In this document: piece after piece, positions 11,496 through 33,398 of the stretch | Layout of the letters: every line of letters begins with the position of its first letter | Numbering within the stretch: the stretch's first letter is position 1 | NCBI RefSeq assembly: GCF_009914755.1 | Contig: NC_060927.1 | DNA from: the human T2T-CHM13v2.0 reference genome, Homo sapiens | Reading direction: 5' to 3' (one strand) | DNA: 64,000 nt | Made by a program: the position numbers and the translations under genes | The notes under the pieces: generated by a model | Databases searched by the model: none | What the model saw: the letters and a program-made list of their open reading frames with translations, nothing else | Told to the model about the DNA's origin: nothing

Positions 11496-14400
11496 CGATA
11501 GTTAGATAGACGAATAGAAGAAGTTACTTCAACAAAATACTAGCAGGTAAAGCTGTTCACTTTCCAGCTCCAAGTTAACTTGCCTTTTGAAGAGCTTAAA
11601 AGGCTTCGGAGTCAAAGACCATGGGGAAAGGCTCAGATTTCCCATTCTTTTATTGAAATGTCAGAGAGTCAATGTCAAAGATACTGTCTCTAAGTTCCAA
11701 CCCTTCCCTTCCCAACCATCCTGCCCAAGCCACCTTTGCAGCTTCACATCTCTGTCTTTGTCTTCTCCTCCATCCAGGCCCCAGCTTATAAATCTATGAA
11801 GGTGTCCAGGTCCTGCCAGACTCCGCTGCATCTTTTGCTTTCACTCCAGCAGGGTAGCAGCATGCTGCCTGTGCCAAGGCAATCACTAAAAGGAAAGGAT
11901 TTAATGCTGTCAAAAAAGCTTATGCCAGCTTAGGCTGCAGGAAGAGGAACAGTGTCAAGTATGTTGAAAGTGGACATATTGGTCAGACCTCCATGAGAGC
12001 CTAGGGGGCATTGCTTAGCAGCACGCTTTTAAAGGAATCTGAACAAACCAGCATGTGGAAAGAAGAGAGTAACCACAGCAATCAGGAAACAACTGTACAA
12101 TCTAGGGCCATTTCATTGGAAAAACAGAAGTCTCCAGGGAGCTGCAGTCATCAAACAGGCTTATTCTGTGTACCCAGTGGGCAAGTACAGTCAATGGATG
12201 AAAATTCAACCAATGGACAAACACAGGAAGTTTTTCCTTAACATGAGTTGTCAGAAACTGTCCAAAATTCCAAAGAGCTGCCTCAAGGTAGTGGAAATTT
12301 TTTTTTTTTTTTAATCAGGAAGGTGCTGAATGAAGCCAGCAAGGATTCTGTGTCAGAGGGTGGTAGATACCCAGGACATAAGGTTGAACCACGTGACCTC
12401 TGAGACCACAGTTCTAAGCTGTTGAAACCTCAGTCCCTGCTGAATACTGAAATGGTATTAGCACCCTTTAGTCTACATCAAGAATTCGTTCTACCCAGTT
12501 TTGGTGGTACCAAGACTGATCTCTTTCTCATAGATAATTCTTAACAGAATAAAAGCTACAGGTTGAAACCAATTCCCTTTAAAATGTGGACAGTTGACCA
12601 TCTCCATGATAGGTAGTTAGGCACTGAATTAATGCTTTTTAATGGAAGAGCCACCCTAAGATTCCTGGAGTGTGGTATAATGGAGTACTAAATCAGCATA
12701 GGACTAATAACTGCCTCCTGTGTAAACTGGTCTATCCGGAGAGTGGTATAGCCTCTCATACAGTGTTCAAAGGCAGATTTAACTCACTGCAGGTCCACAG
12801 CAACCGATAAGATAAACTCGTTGGTTATGGTCTCCCACTTTGCAAAGGAGAGCACAGAGGAAGAGGAAACTGAGATAACTTGGTTTAGGACCCCACAGCT
12901 GGCTGGAGCTGGGCTGAACATTAGTTCATTGTTTCTTCGATTAATCTATGCTGCTTTTTCTCTACTTGGCTCCTTTTCTAAATTAAACAAAACAAAACAA
13001 AAAACACTGGGCACAGAGTGGTGTATATGTGTGTGAGAGAGAGACAGAGATAGAGAAAGACTAAGCGAAAGAGAAAAGAGAGAGGCTGAGTGAGATTCAG
13101 ATAAAATAAGGCACAAGTCATGGGCTAGTCTGTTGTACAGTGTACTTGTCATATATTTGAATGCCTTTAACAATGGAGACAGTTTTGATGGAAATAGGGC
13201 CTTGAAGAAATGCATATCCGCACCCTGGTGGTATGTTATAACTAAACGGGTTGGTTTTTTGTTTCGGAGTTTTTTGGGTTTCTTTTTAATGCAAAGGTAT
13301 ATATTTAAAATACCCTGTAGCTTCCTTCTCTCCTTCATTTCATTTCCTTAAGTATGAGAGAGGTTTTCTGGATGACGGGACATCCAAACTGGAAGTGCCC
13401 TCAGATCCCATCAACTCCCATCCCCATGTTTGAGAAGCACGTAAAGTAAGCTCCAGAAGAGCTCCCAGACAACGTCGGCACACAATTATCAGAGGACTTT
13501 TCCCTGATGGCAGAAAGCTACTGACATTTCCAGAACCATCCATCTTTCTTTTAGAGAGAAGGGGCTGGGGGTAAGGAGAAATTAGTAATCTTTTCTAGAG
13601 ATACGTTTCTAAGTTTAACCAAATTTGCTTTTCTGCTTTTGAAGAACTTGTGGTATTGACAGAACCGTAGGATCCCATATGGAAATCCTCAGGATTATAC
13701 TAAAATCTCCTTACATGAAACAACCTCTTCACCCCACCCCCTGCCAAGAGAATGACCATTGTCTGTTCACAGAAGGCTTTGGCCAGGGCCCTTCAGTCAG
13801 ATTATCCTTATGTAGGTAGAGAAGATAAACTTGGAAACTTAATTGGAATTTGAAGAAATGCTATTAGAATTTTAGGAAGTCATTTGTATTCCATTTCTGA
13901 GATATGACCTGAATAGAATTCTGGTAAGTGGAGAAGCCAGAAGATTCTTCATAATTATATGTGGACTGTGTCCAGTGACCAATCTCATTTAGGATGGAAA
14001 ACTGCCACAACCTTCCAAAACAAAGACCTGTGTGCCAGTCTTTCATTTTTGGGAAGTGACACTCACTAGGGCTGTCATTTTCCTATTCCTCATGTTGTAT
14101 AACCCTAAATTCCTTTATTATTTTCTTCTATTTTACACTCACAAGAACGGTAACGATAATGAATCATTTAAATCTTGCTTTCTATTTAAATTTTCTTTAG
14201 ATTAAATTAATTTCTTCCCAAGACAATTTTATCAACTGAGATTAAATATTTGTGATTAAAGCATCTTCTGCCTTTTATAAATAAATTGGGCGGCAGTTGA
14301 AGAAACTTTTCCAAATATGCTTTTTAAAAATCCTGCAAAATTTTCCCAAGTTGGATATCATTTCAACTTGCAAATTACCACATGAATAAACAAAGCCAAG

Positions 14401-14663
14401 CTCGAAGGGAGTAGGAGACAATGAGTCAAAAATTTAAAAGGGATGGGCCTTTACCAATTACTAATGAAGATGAACAAAGCAATTTAAGAATAAGAGAGAA
14501 GTAAATATTTAATAAGAAATGCTACCATAATAATTTGGAGAAGCTTGGGTTCAAAAGAGCAGAATAAAGCTGTATCTCTATTCTTTTTTTCTCTTGGAAA
14601 AACACTCCAAAAATATTAGAACAAAGAGAAACTTGTTCCTCCATCCTTAATAAAAAGAAGAGT

Positions 14664-14969
<306 letters not shown>

Positions 14970-15279
14970 GGAATTTAGATGCCCAGGCTCCCACATATTC
15001 AGACCGGTGACCATCTTCCCTCACTCCTCCAAAAGGCAAGAATTTGATTTATTGGAGAATAAGAGAAGTTTTAGATTTGGAACTACTAGACTCAGAGGAA
15101 GATGGTGGTGCATTATAGTACAGGAAACTAAGGGAAAATCTGTGTATTGAACAGAGATAACTCCCTCACACCCACCTCCTTCTTCCTGCTAGCCATAGCT
15201 GGAGTACCCTTCAGAGAGAAAAATGGAATTGCCTCAGAAAGATCAGTAGATACTCATAGTTGGAAGGCTTACAACGAAA

Positions 15280-16060
15280 GCCTAAGCCATCAGAAAAATG
15301 CAAATAAAAACCACAGTGAGGTAGACTTCACACCCACAAGGATGGCTCTGATCAAAAAGACACAGCTGTTACCATCATAACAAGTGCTGCAAAGGATGTG
15401 GAGAAATCAGAACCCCCATACACTGCTGCTGGGACTGTAAAATGGTGCATCCACTTTGGAAAACAGTCTGGGAGTTTTTTGAACACTTGGACATGTAATT
15501 TCCATAGGATGTGACAATTCCACTCCTAGGTATACACCAAAGACAACTGAAAACACGTGTCTATACACAAATATTCATTACAACATTATTCGTAATAGCT
15601 AGAAAGTGGAAACAACGCAAATACCCATGAATTGGTAAATGGAAAAATAAAATTGGTACGCCCATGTAACATAATATTATTCAGCAAAATAAAGAAGTGA
15701 AGTACTGATACATGCTATGACATGAGTGAACCTTGAAAACATTATGCTGAGTAAAAGAAGCAAGTTACAAAAGACCACATACTGCAAATTCCATTTAGAT
15801 GACATATCCAGAAAAGGCAAATCTGTAGAGAGAAAAAGTAGATTAGTTGTTGCCTAGGGTTGAGGAGCATGGGATGGAAGGGGTTGGAAGGTGAGGGCTA
15901 AGGAATGAGGTTTTTTTATTTTAATAAAAATGTTCTAAAATTAACAGTGGTTTTGGACTCACAGTTCTGTGAATATACTAACAGCCAATGAACTGTGCAG
16001 TTTAAATGGGTGAATTGTATGGTGTGTGAGTTATATCTCAATAAAGCTGCTTAAAAAAAA
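15280..16060 (+). mobile_element. L1M-type LINE 3' end
   Basis: AATGCAAATAAAAACCACAGTGAG...GGATGTGGAGAAATCAGAACC...TTATATCTCAATAAAGCTG. Confidence 0.88.
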
Positions 16061-16102
16061 TGTCAAGCTGGTCATTTTATTGCCCTTCAAGAATGCAGAC
16101 CA

Positions 16103-16383
16103 GGCCAGGCACGGCCTGTAATCCCAGCACTTTTGGGAGGCTGAGGTGGGCGGATCACCTGAGATCAGGAGTTCGAGACCAGCCTGGCCTATATGGTGCA
16201 ACCCTATCTCCACTAAAAATACAAAAATGAGCAGGGCGTGGTGGTGGGTGCCTGTAGTCCCAGCTACTCAGGAAGCTGAGGCAGGAGAATCACTTAAACC
16301 CAGGAGGCGGAGGTTGCAGTGAGCTGAGATCGAGCCACTCCACTCCAGCCTGGGCAACAGAGTGAGAATCTGTCAGAAAAAAA
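16103..16383 (+). mobile_element. AluS element
   Basis: TSD AAGAATGCAGACCA on both sides. Confidence 0.93.
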
Positions 16384-16509
16384 GAATGCAGACCAATCAA
16401 TGAGCCTCTCAAATATCTCAAATATACACAGAGCCTCCAATCAGCTCAGCTTTCAACAGGAGGAGCCAACCAAGGGTCACCACACATTATGAGAAGGCTT
16501 TCAACCTGA

Positions 16510-16680
16510 GGCTGGACATGGCGGCTCACGCCTGTAATCCCAGCACTTTGGGAGACTGAAGTGGGTGGATCACTTGAGGTCAGGAGTTCAAGACCAGCCT
16601 GGTCAACATGATAAAACCCCATCTCTACTAAAAATACAAAAATTAGCCAGGTCTGGAGGCATGAGCCACTGCACCCAGCC
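16510..16680. mobile_element. Chimeric Alu: plus-strand left monomer fused to an inverted Alu 5' end
   Basis: ...AAAAATTAGCCAGGTCTGG|AGGCATGAGCCACTGCACCCAGCC. Confidence 0.85.
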
Positions 16681-16868
16681 TCACTAGGAAGATTTAAATG
16701 TGGTTCTGCCTATAGACAATTTTAAAATTACTTCTCAGAACCTTTCCAAATTTAATATGTATGTGAGTCCCTAAAATTCCTGGAAACAAATAGAAGATCC
16801 CCTTAGAGTGAAAAAGTCAAGTTTCTTCCTCCTCCTAATGACAAAACTCCATGTAAAATCACTATTTA

Positions 16869-17174
<306 letters not shown>

Positions 17175-17259
17175 TTAAACAAGTTGGCAAGTCACTTTGC
17201 GTGCCACTACATTTTGAAATGTCAAGGGGGATTGGGATGAGAAAGTAATTCAAGAAATT

Positions 17260-18010
<751 letters not shown>

Positions 18011-19603
18011 ACAGGGAAAGTTCCTAAAAACAGACAGAAAAATTGTTTAGTCTGCTACTTTAATAAAAGCCTTATTCATCAGGTCATTCAGTAAACTAAT
18101 CTGTATGATGCAACTACTATGAGCCAGGAACTAAAACAAATTCTATTTCTCTAGGAAAATTTGTCTGAGAAGGAAATTGCAAAGCTGAAGCCTTGGGACT
18201 TGAAAATTCAAATCTTCCGTCTTTGTTTATGGTCTGTAGCAGGCAAACAACTTCGAACTTCTCAAGGTTGCTTGGCTAAACACGAACGAGTGGATGAAGA
18301 GAACACCTCAGCAATAAATATAATGCCTGGAAAAGAATTTTACTAAGAACAATGTTTTTTATGCCACTTTTTAATTTTTTTAAAAATTTCTCATTACCTC
18401 TGAAGATTTGTGACACTATTGTTTGAGCCATTATTTTTTAAATGATACATATAACTGCTTGTCTAGGATGGTTTCTCTTTCTTTCTCTTTCTCTCAATTA
18501 TCTTCAGTTTTCTAATCTAGACCACAAAGTTCTCCATTAATAAAGTTGGCAAACAAAGTGTCTGAAAACATTTTGTTACAGGGAATGATATTCTGCTAAG
18601 TTTTACTGAAGATGGAATTTTCATTAGTACTGCTAATGAACCATTCTTATTCCTTTTGGGAACTATGATTTATTAAAAGAATTGTACGTTTTTTAAAAAC
18701 ACCAAAAGAATTACACTCATTCATTTTCAATATGACTAGGGTATTTGCAATAGAAAACTTAGTGAGTATTCCCTAAAGTCACGGTGGCTTTTAAACACTG
18801 CATAATTCTGGGTATTAACATCAGGAAAGCATTGCACTGTTCCTCATTAGAAGGATAATGCCATTATAATAGCTTTACTCTGAGGCATAAAGCGGTTAAA
18901 TGAAGCACCAGAAAAGGAAAAGCAAAAGTTTGTTTGGTGAATCATTCTTTTCTATGGTTTGGTGACCCTAAATTGAGCCAGAAAAGAATGCAGCTAGTGG
19001 CTTAATTTGAAGAATTTCCCAAGGAAATGATGCAATACTGTACAATTCTTATTGGTCTCTAACCTCTGGGATCTCTGTTCATGAAGCTGCCTATTAACAC
19101 AGCTTTGCAAGTTAATTGTGAACAAATCAGGAGAGAATAAAAACTCAAACATAAATCTCTGATCTAACCACTTCATTTAGGAAGGGATTTGGAAGATCTT
19201 CTCGGACCAGTGTTTTTGATTCTCTTCTTTGCATTGTGACCTTATACTGGAAACTCAGGTGTGACTGCTATTATTCTGGTCCCAAGTGCCAGGAAGTTCA
19301 GATCAGGTTGAGGGCAAGCTCAGGCCAGGGTGACTCTGAGGTCAGGCTATTCACATGTCTTTTCTTAGGCTAGGATCGCTTGAGGAACACAACCACGTTG
19401 CTGGGGTTAATAGATCTATTCTCCAAAGCCAAAGTATTTGGCATGGTCAGCATAATTGTACTGTGTGTTGCAATTGGGCTCTGAGCACAGAGTCTTGCTG
19501 AGTGCCTTATGAATTTGGTCATGGAGAGAAGGCTGGTGCAGGAGTGAGCAAGGGAAACTCCTATTCAGAGAAAGTTTTTACTCCAGAAATCACCATTCCT
19601 TAG

Positions 19604-20045
<442 letters not shown>

Positions 20046-20320
20046 TAATGTAAAAGATAGCTTTCCAGGGACGTGATTAGATCAGAGATTTTATTGCACG
20101 AATAACAAACTCTTTTAGCCAGTCCAGAGCGAGCATTAGCAGCAGCATTACTGCATCAGTCCCTCTGCCCCAAGGAAATCCCTCCTGTCCATATAGGATG
20201 CTATTGAGGATAATGCTGATGGATAATGCCCTTGGTGGCTGTAGAGGGAGCCTGGGTCTCCAGAGGCTCTAGAGATTGGTCAATGCACCAAGCTTAGTTA
20301 TCAATGAAAAGATTGCTTAT

Positions 20321-20377
20321 CATGCCATTGCACTCCAGCCTGGGCAACAAGAGAGAAACACTTCAAAAAAAAAAAAT
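20321..20377 (+). mobile_element. 5'-truncated Alu 3' fragment
   Basis: CATGCCATTGCACTCCAGCCTGGGCAACAAGAG plus A tail. Confidence 0.8.
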
Positions 20378-21149
20378 TGCTCGCTTTCAAGTAGGAAATG
20401 TGAAAGCCTTAAGAACAAGAAAGGCTCAATTCTTCAATCAGTTCAGTTCAGTTCAAGCAATATTTAATACCATCTATTCACAGATGAATACAAAGATGAA
20501 TATGGCACAGCTCTTGCCTTCAAGAAACTTAGAGTTAAATGAAGGAGGTCCATAGAAACAGATAATTTAAGTCTAACTTGATAGGCAATAAGAGAGGAAG
20601 CCCTGGGCTGAGCCCTGAAGGTCTGATAAAGCAGTCAAAGGAAGAAGGGTGGAAATACGTTTCCAGACTGGGAAGAGGAGAATGAAAGGCAGCAATGAGG
20701 CCTGGGAAATTCAGAGGCAAGCCTGTTACAGTGAGGGTTCTTCCTGCTATTACAGATTTAGGAGTCTAGATTTCTTTGGTTTCTGAGATGAGGAGTCTGT
20801 CTCTCCATTTGCATGTGATGGCATCATGACCTTTACCGTCAGAAGCTGTATTCAGCACCTCCACTGAAGTCCCTGCTGAAGCATTGACAATGTCTTCCTA
20901 CACAATGGTTTAGCCTTCATCTTTCTCTTCCTTCCCTTTTCCCCCTTAAGTTCTCATATCATTTGACATTTCTCCCTCCCTTTTTGTTGCTTCCTCCTGA
21001 GCTTCTCCAAAATGACCTCATTTAAAAAATATTTTATAAGTTATATATATTTGCACAATGGAATGTCACATTACCAACAAAGGATGACAGAGAGCTACAT
21101 TAAACAATGTGGATAAGCTTTCGAAACGTAGTGCAACTTTTTTCTCCTG

Positions 21150-22720
<1,571 letters not shown>

Positions 22721-22751
22721 CTTCATCTTCTTTTCCTGCCCCCCGTCCCCC

Positions 22752-23930
22752 ATTTATTTTAGCTTCAGGGGTACATGTGCAGGTTTGTTACAGGGGTAAA
22801 TTGCCTGTCCTGGGGGTTTGGTGTACAGATTATTTCATCACCTGGGTAACAGGCATAGTACCCGATAGATAATTTTCTGATCCTCACCCTCCTCCCACCC
22901 TCCACTCTCCAGTAGGCCCCCTGTGTCTATTGTTTCCTTCTGGAAGAACGGACTCTGGATATTAGACCTTTGTTGGATGAGTAGTTTGCGAATATTTTCT
23001 CCCATTCTGGAGGTTTGTCTGTTTACTCTGTTGGTAGTTTGTTTTGCTGTGCAGAAGCTTTTTTGTTTAATTAGGTCCCATTTGTCAATTTTTGTTCTCG
23101 TTGCAATTGCTTTTGGCATCTTCATCATGAAATCTTGTCAGTGCCTATGTCCAGAGTGGTATTTCCTAGGTTTTCTTCTACGGTTTTATAGTTTTAGGTT
23201 TTACACTTAAGTCTTTAATCCATCTTAAGTTGATTTTTGTATATGGTGAAAGGAAAGAGTCCAGTTGCAATCTTCTGCATATAGCTAGCCAGTTACCCTA
23301 GCACCATTTATAGAATAGAGAATCCTTTTCCCATTGCTTGTTTTTGCTGACTTTGTCAAAGATCAGATGGTTGTAGGTGTGCAGCTTTATTTCTGGTTCT
23401 AATCACATTTATTGATTTGCATGTGTTGAATGAACCTTGCATCCCAGGAATAAAGCCTACTCGATTGTGGTAGATTAGCTTTTTGATGTGTTGCTGGATT
23501 CAGTTTGCTAGTATTTTGTTGATGATTTTTGCATCTCTGTTCATCAGGGATATTGATGCTTTCTTTTTTTGTTGTGTCCCTGCTAGGTTTTGGTATCAGA
23601 ATAACATTGGCCTCATAGAATGAATTAGGGAGGAGTTCCTCCTCCTAAATTTTTTGGAATAGTTTCAGTAGGATTGGTACCAGCTCTTCTTTATATGTCT
23701 GGTAGAATTTGGCTGTGAATCCATCTGGTCCAGAGCTTTTTATGGTTGGTAGGCTTTTTATTACTGATTCAGTTTCAGAACTTATTATGTTCAGGGTTTC
23801 AATGTCTTCCTAGCTTAATCTTGGGAGGTTGTATGTTTCCAGGAATTTATCCATTTCTTCTAGGCTTTCTGGTTTGTGTGCATAGAAGTATTGGTGATAG
23901 TCTCTGAGGGTTTTTTTTGTATTTCTTTGA
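22752..23930 (-). mobile_element. L1PB/old L1PA fragments with internal deletions (ORF2 remnant)
   Basis: GGGGTACATGTGCAGGTTTGTTACA 3' end; the ORF at 22838-23128 contains [25 protein letters not shown], an L1 ORF2p segment. Confidence 0.9.
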
Positions 23931-25074
23931 GGCAAAATGACCTCATTTTGTAAAACAGTGAATTCTAAGCTGAATTTAGTTCTCTAAGATGGCCCCATTC
24001 ATGAGAAACCTTCCAGTTCCCAGCATACTGCTCCTAGGGTATTTAAACACCTTGGCATAAGGCTGTCTGGGGAGCGAGCCCATCAAACAAGTGTTGGGTT
24101 ACTAGAAAGTCACCCTAGTTGAGAAGGAGACTAACAGGGATGGATGGCACAGTGAGGAAGAGAAAAAGAGAGGGAAGAAGGTGGTAGTAAGGACTGGGGC
24201 TCTCCTGGTTAACAGCCACTCTCTTGACATTTCCAGCTCCTTCTGCAGATCCAAGCTCACCTATATGAGGATTATTACTTCTTGGAATCAAAAGAAGTGA
24301 TTGACACCATTACCAAAGCATTCTTTAAAGATCTGCCATTTTATGGGGTGCACCTAAGAATTCCTTTTTCTTTAATATTTTCTTCTAGTTTATGTGCTCA
24401 GTGAAGAAACATTAGAAAACAGAAAAGCACTAAGAAAAAAAAAATTAACCAAACTCACACAAGCCAAAGATAACAGCCAACTAACATTTGCTGTAGATAT
24501 GTCTAGTATTTTCCATGCATATATATATATATATGTTTCTTAGAAAAATAGTATCATACATGTTATTTTGTAGTCTGCTTTTTTTAAGGAATTTACATTT
24601 ATTTTATAGCTTCAAAAAGGCTTGGTGCATGATAATGACAGAAAATTAAGGATCTATACAAGGGATATTTACCCCCGGGAAGATGTATGTTACAACTCAG
24701 TTAATGCGTCAAATGTTAAATGTTGTGATACCGGCGTTTTATTTAGATGTTTCCCATTTATGATGATTGTTAAACATACATCACATGTCTACACAGACAT
24801 ACACCTTCCAAGCTGGGAATCAGGTCTGAGTGATCCTGTCGGTGTTCTGCCCACAATTTCATGAGTGACCTTAAGCAAATCAACTCAATGCTGCTTCTCT
24901 AGATAAAGTCCCAATCTTGTCTGGCACATCCAGCCGTAAAAACTCCTATCCAGTTCCCGGAATGTACCATGCTCTTCCGTGCTGCCATATTTTTTAACAT
25001 CATTTTTTGGGGGGCCTAAAACACTCCTTCCTATCTGCCTCATTAACTCTTCATTATCTTTGTAAATTAAAAAA

Positions 25075-25930
25075 AATTTAAATTATAGTAAAATAGATAT
25101 AAAATACACCATCTTACCCTTTTTTTTTTTATTCTGAGACAGAATCTCACTGTCACCCCAGCTGGAGTGCTGCACTGGCGTGATCTCAGCTCACTGCAAC
25201 CTCTGCCCCCCCGAGTTCAAGAGATTCTCCTGCCTCAGCCTCCTGAGTAGTTGGGATTACAGGTGCCTGCCACCATGCCTGGCTAATTTTTGTACTTTTA
25301 GTAGAGATGGGGTTTCACCATCTTGGCCAGGCTGGTCTTGAACTCCTGACCTCATGATCCACCTGCCTCGGCCTCCCAAAGTGCTGGGATTAAAGGCGTG
25401 AGCCACCGCGCTGGGCCTTACCCATCTTTAAGTGTACAGTTCAGCAGTGTTATGTACATTCCCATTGTTGTGCACCCGATCCCCAGAGCTCTTTCATCTT
25501 GCAAAACTGAACCTGTACACACATTAAACAGTGTCTCTGCATTCCTCCCTCTCCCCGCTGCGAGCGATCGCTGTTCTACCTTCCGCCTCTAGGAATTCCA
25601 CTGCTCTAGATGCCTCATGCACGTGGACTAATACGGTATTTGTCTTCTTTGTAGCTGGCTTATTTCACTTAGCATAATGTTCTCAAGGTCCAACCATGTG
25701 GTAGCACGTATCAGAATTTCCTTCCTTTATAAGGCTGAATTAAATTCCATTGTATGTATGTACCTCATTTTGTTCATCCATTCATCTATGGATGGACATT
25801 TGGGTTGTTTTTATTGTTGGTTGCTATAAACATGTGTGGACAAATTATCTCCTCAAGACCCTACCTTTAATTCTTTTGGGTATACACCCAGAAGTGAAAT
25901 TGCTGGATCAGTTGCTGATGGTCATTCTAT
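25075..25930 (-). mobile_element. L1MB-type 3' end with inserted Alu (25120-25417)
   Basis: AAGTGTACAGTTCAG...TGGCTTATTTCACTTAGCATAATG...CCCAGAAGTGAAATTGCTGGATCA; Alu dimer inside. Confidence 0.88.
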
Positions 25931-26969
25931 TTTTGTAGCCTCCTTTTAAAACTTTGCTTTTTAGTACTTATTTTCCCCAAATTAATAATTTCTCAGGTAA
26001 ATAAGAAACCAATCTTTTACAGAATAGTTTTTTTATCATCCATAGAGTGTTTTATCAAATGGCCATACTTATTAAATTGGTTGCTTCCAGATTTCCATTA
26101 TGAAAAACCATGCTAGATAAACAAATGTTTATCCATAAGATGAATTCTTGGAAGTGAAATTACTGGATTAAGAGGTGTACATTTTAAAAATATTGATGCA
26201 TAGTGTTATGGTATATGTACAAACTTCTAAAGGTTTATTTTTATGAAGCATCAGCCTCTGTTGCCAGCACTCTGTATAAGCAGGGCAAAGGCTGGCAGCT
26301 TAAGTACTCTCTAGTCTTTTTAAACTTTACCCTCAAAGAAAATAAATCTTTATACCAAAATTCTTATTCAGAAGTGAAAGTGTTATATAAGTCATCATTG
26401 ACAGTAAACACAGTGAATGATCAGATCTTGCTGCTTAAATTTTAAATTAATATAAGTAATATCAAATCCATTTTTAAATGGTCCTCCCTCAGTAAACATA
26501 AAAAGTTCCTTCAAATTCATATATTATTTTTCAGATTACAAACCACTTCCACTTATGTTTTCTTACATATTCCTTATAGTTAGTTATTGTTTTCCCTGGT
26601 TTACACATGAAGAAATCGAGGCCCAGAGAAGTGACTTGCCTGAGGCAACAGAGCTGATAATCAGTGTCTTCTAGTTCCAAGTACATTGCTTTTCAAGCTG
26701 CGGATGACTCATCTTAACCAGTCCTTGAGGTCTTGTAGTAAGTAAGCATAGTGGAGACTTTTCCAAGCTTCTTTTTCAAACCAGAAAGAGGTAGTCGTGG
26801 TTTTTGGAAAGTAGCTAAAACTATGATTTAATAAGAGGGAATTTTGTAGCCAAAACCTAGTACATAAAATATAAATAGCCCTCCTTCTTTCCCCTAGAAT
26901 TGTGCGATGCCCTTTGTGGTGCTGGTATGGCATGGTGTCAAACGTGTGGGCTCCGGCGTCATCCTGCTT

Positions 26970-27170
26970 GGACTGGAATGTTGGCACCAGGATACTAATT
27001 TTGTGATCTGAACAAGTCAACCTCTCTGCACTTCCATTTCCTTACCTGCAAAATGTGTAACAAGACCTCCCATCTCAGTGGAATGTTGTGAGGATTGGAT
27101 GAGATAATGTCGGTAAAGTAATTAGCACTGTACCTGGCGCAGGCTCACTGCCTGATACATAGTAATCCTT
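26970..27170 (+). mobile_element. MIR SINE
   Basis: CAAGTCAACCTCTCTG...TTTCCTTACCTGCAAAATG...GTTGTGAGGATT. Confidence 0.7.
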
Positions 27171-27339
27171 ACTACTAGGTGTTAAGGACCTAAGTAACAC
27201 TGTTCCTCTGTTTTATCCTGGGGAGAAGGGTACATGAAATGGGCTAGTGAACAAGTTAAGAGAGAAAATAGCCTTCTCTGATCCCTCGGCTGATTAAAGA
27301 AGGTAATTAGAGGCTTCTCTAGTAAAGTGTAGGCTCATA

Positions 27340-29640
<2,301 letters not shown>

Positions 29641-30304
29641 TCTTGGGATGAGGAGGTGTCCCAGGATCATCATCATAGATCAGTGGACTTCCTGCTTATA
29701 AATGCCAATATATTCATAAGAAAAAGACGGTTGAATCCTGCCAATCCATAGCACAATGGCTTTTGTACTCCAGGGGAAACTGGTAGTGGTAGCAAATATC
29801 TTTTATTTTTCCTTAAACAATTTAACAAAGGGAGTCAGGTACGTTAAAGAACTCTGGAGAGTCAATCAGGTTTGTGTGTGTGCCACAATTTCTTGAGGTG
29901 GAGAAGCTGAGCTTTTTTCCTAAACACCAGAATGGAAGAGGTCATAGGACAGTAAGAATGATTAATAATGCCCTTAGACTCTGGTGCTTATATGACCCCT
30001 AGCCAAGTCACTTCAATATGTCTGAGCACCAGTTTTCTTATCTGTCAATTGGTGATAGTAATGCCTGTCCCAGTTGCCAGGGAAGGATGTTGTGTAAGTT
30101 ATGGAAGACAATGAAGGTGAAAAGTTTTTGTGAACTTCAAAGTGCCACACAAATGAAAGGTGCTATTTGCTGGTGCTTCTGTTCTGGCACAATCATCTGG
30201 ACCTTTCTCTGGCAGAAGCCAGAGCCCCTCCTTCTTACTTGCTCTCTCTTTCTCTCTTTTTGTCTCAGGTTCCAGGGAGTTGGGCTACTTCTGAGGACAT
30301 CCAC

Positions 30305-30800
30305 TAGGCATGTTTATAGCAGCTTTTTTGGCAAGGGCCCCAAACTGTAAACAACCCAAGTGTTCATCAACAGATAAATGGATCAACAAATCATGGTACA
30401 TCAATATAATGGAATACCACTCAGCAGTAAGAATGAATTAGTTACTGATACACATGACAACATGGGTGAATACAAAAATAATTATGCTAGTGAAAGAAGC
30501 TAGATCCTGCCCCCACCAAAGAACAAACTCTCATTTATATCAAATTCTAGAAACTGCAAACTAACTGATAGTGACAGAAAGCAGATCAGTGTTGCCTTGG
30601 GATGGGTTGTGGGGGGCAGGCAAGGGCAGGAAGAATAGATTACAAAGGGCCACAAGAAAACTTTTGGGGAGTAAAGAATAATGTGTTTGTTATCTTTATT
30701 GTGGTAATGGTTTCAGGGCATATACTTTTGCCAAGACTTATAATGTACAGTTTCAATATGTGCAGTTTATTGCATGTCAATTTTATTTCTATAAAGCTGT
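30305..30800 (+). mobile_element. L1ME-type 3' end
   Basis: AACAACCCAAGTGTTCATCAACAG...GACAGAAAGCAGATCAGTG...ATGTGCAGTTTATTGCATGTCAATT. Confidence 0.8.
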
Positions 30801-30819
30801 TTTTAAAAACTATCTCCTG

Positions 30820-32399
<1,580 letters not shown>

Positions 32400-33022
32400 T
32401 AGACTCTATTTTTGAAAGTTTCTGTGAGCCTATAATTATTTTAAATAATTTTTTAAGTTAACAAACTTACATTATGGGAATAAAAAGTTTTGCTGGAGAC
32501 TTCAGGTTGGGCTGGTTAAGTTAACAGCTCCCTAAAGATACATTTTATCCTCAAAGCTCTTCCTAAATCTTTTACTTAATTAAGTAGCCAGCATGAAACA
32601 AGGAGCAAATGAACTCATATTCCTCTCCACGTTAAACAAAGGCAAAACCCCCAAAATGTTGAATAAGTGTATGAACATACGGTGCTCGATTGGTCCTATT
32701 TCTTCAAGGCAGAAGCCACTAGAATATGAGTTTATAGAAGGCAGGGATAGTATCTTTATAATTCTAGCACCTAATGTAGGTTTTGGCTCATAGGAAGAGT
32801 CCAGCAAAAGCTTTGGAAGAAAGAAAAATCAGGAGGGAGGGAAACATAAGGGTGGAGAACAGGAAAGGCCCTCTTTAGTGTCTGTGCAGGAAGGATGTAT
32901 TCAGTTAACAACAGATCAGTGTACAGGACCAGCTCCACATAGTGGAGGCAGTGCGGGCAAGGAAGGAAAGGTCCCACTGTGTGGACGTCTCCATCCTTAC
33001 AAAGTGAGAATTAGAACTCTTG

Positions 33023-33398
<376 letters not shown>

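Noticed and set aside
22838-23128. ORF similar to L1 ORF2p
   Set aside because: Short frameshifted fragment of a dead L1, not a gene
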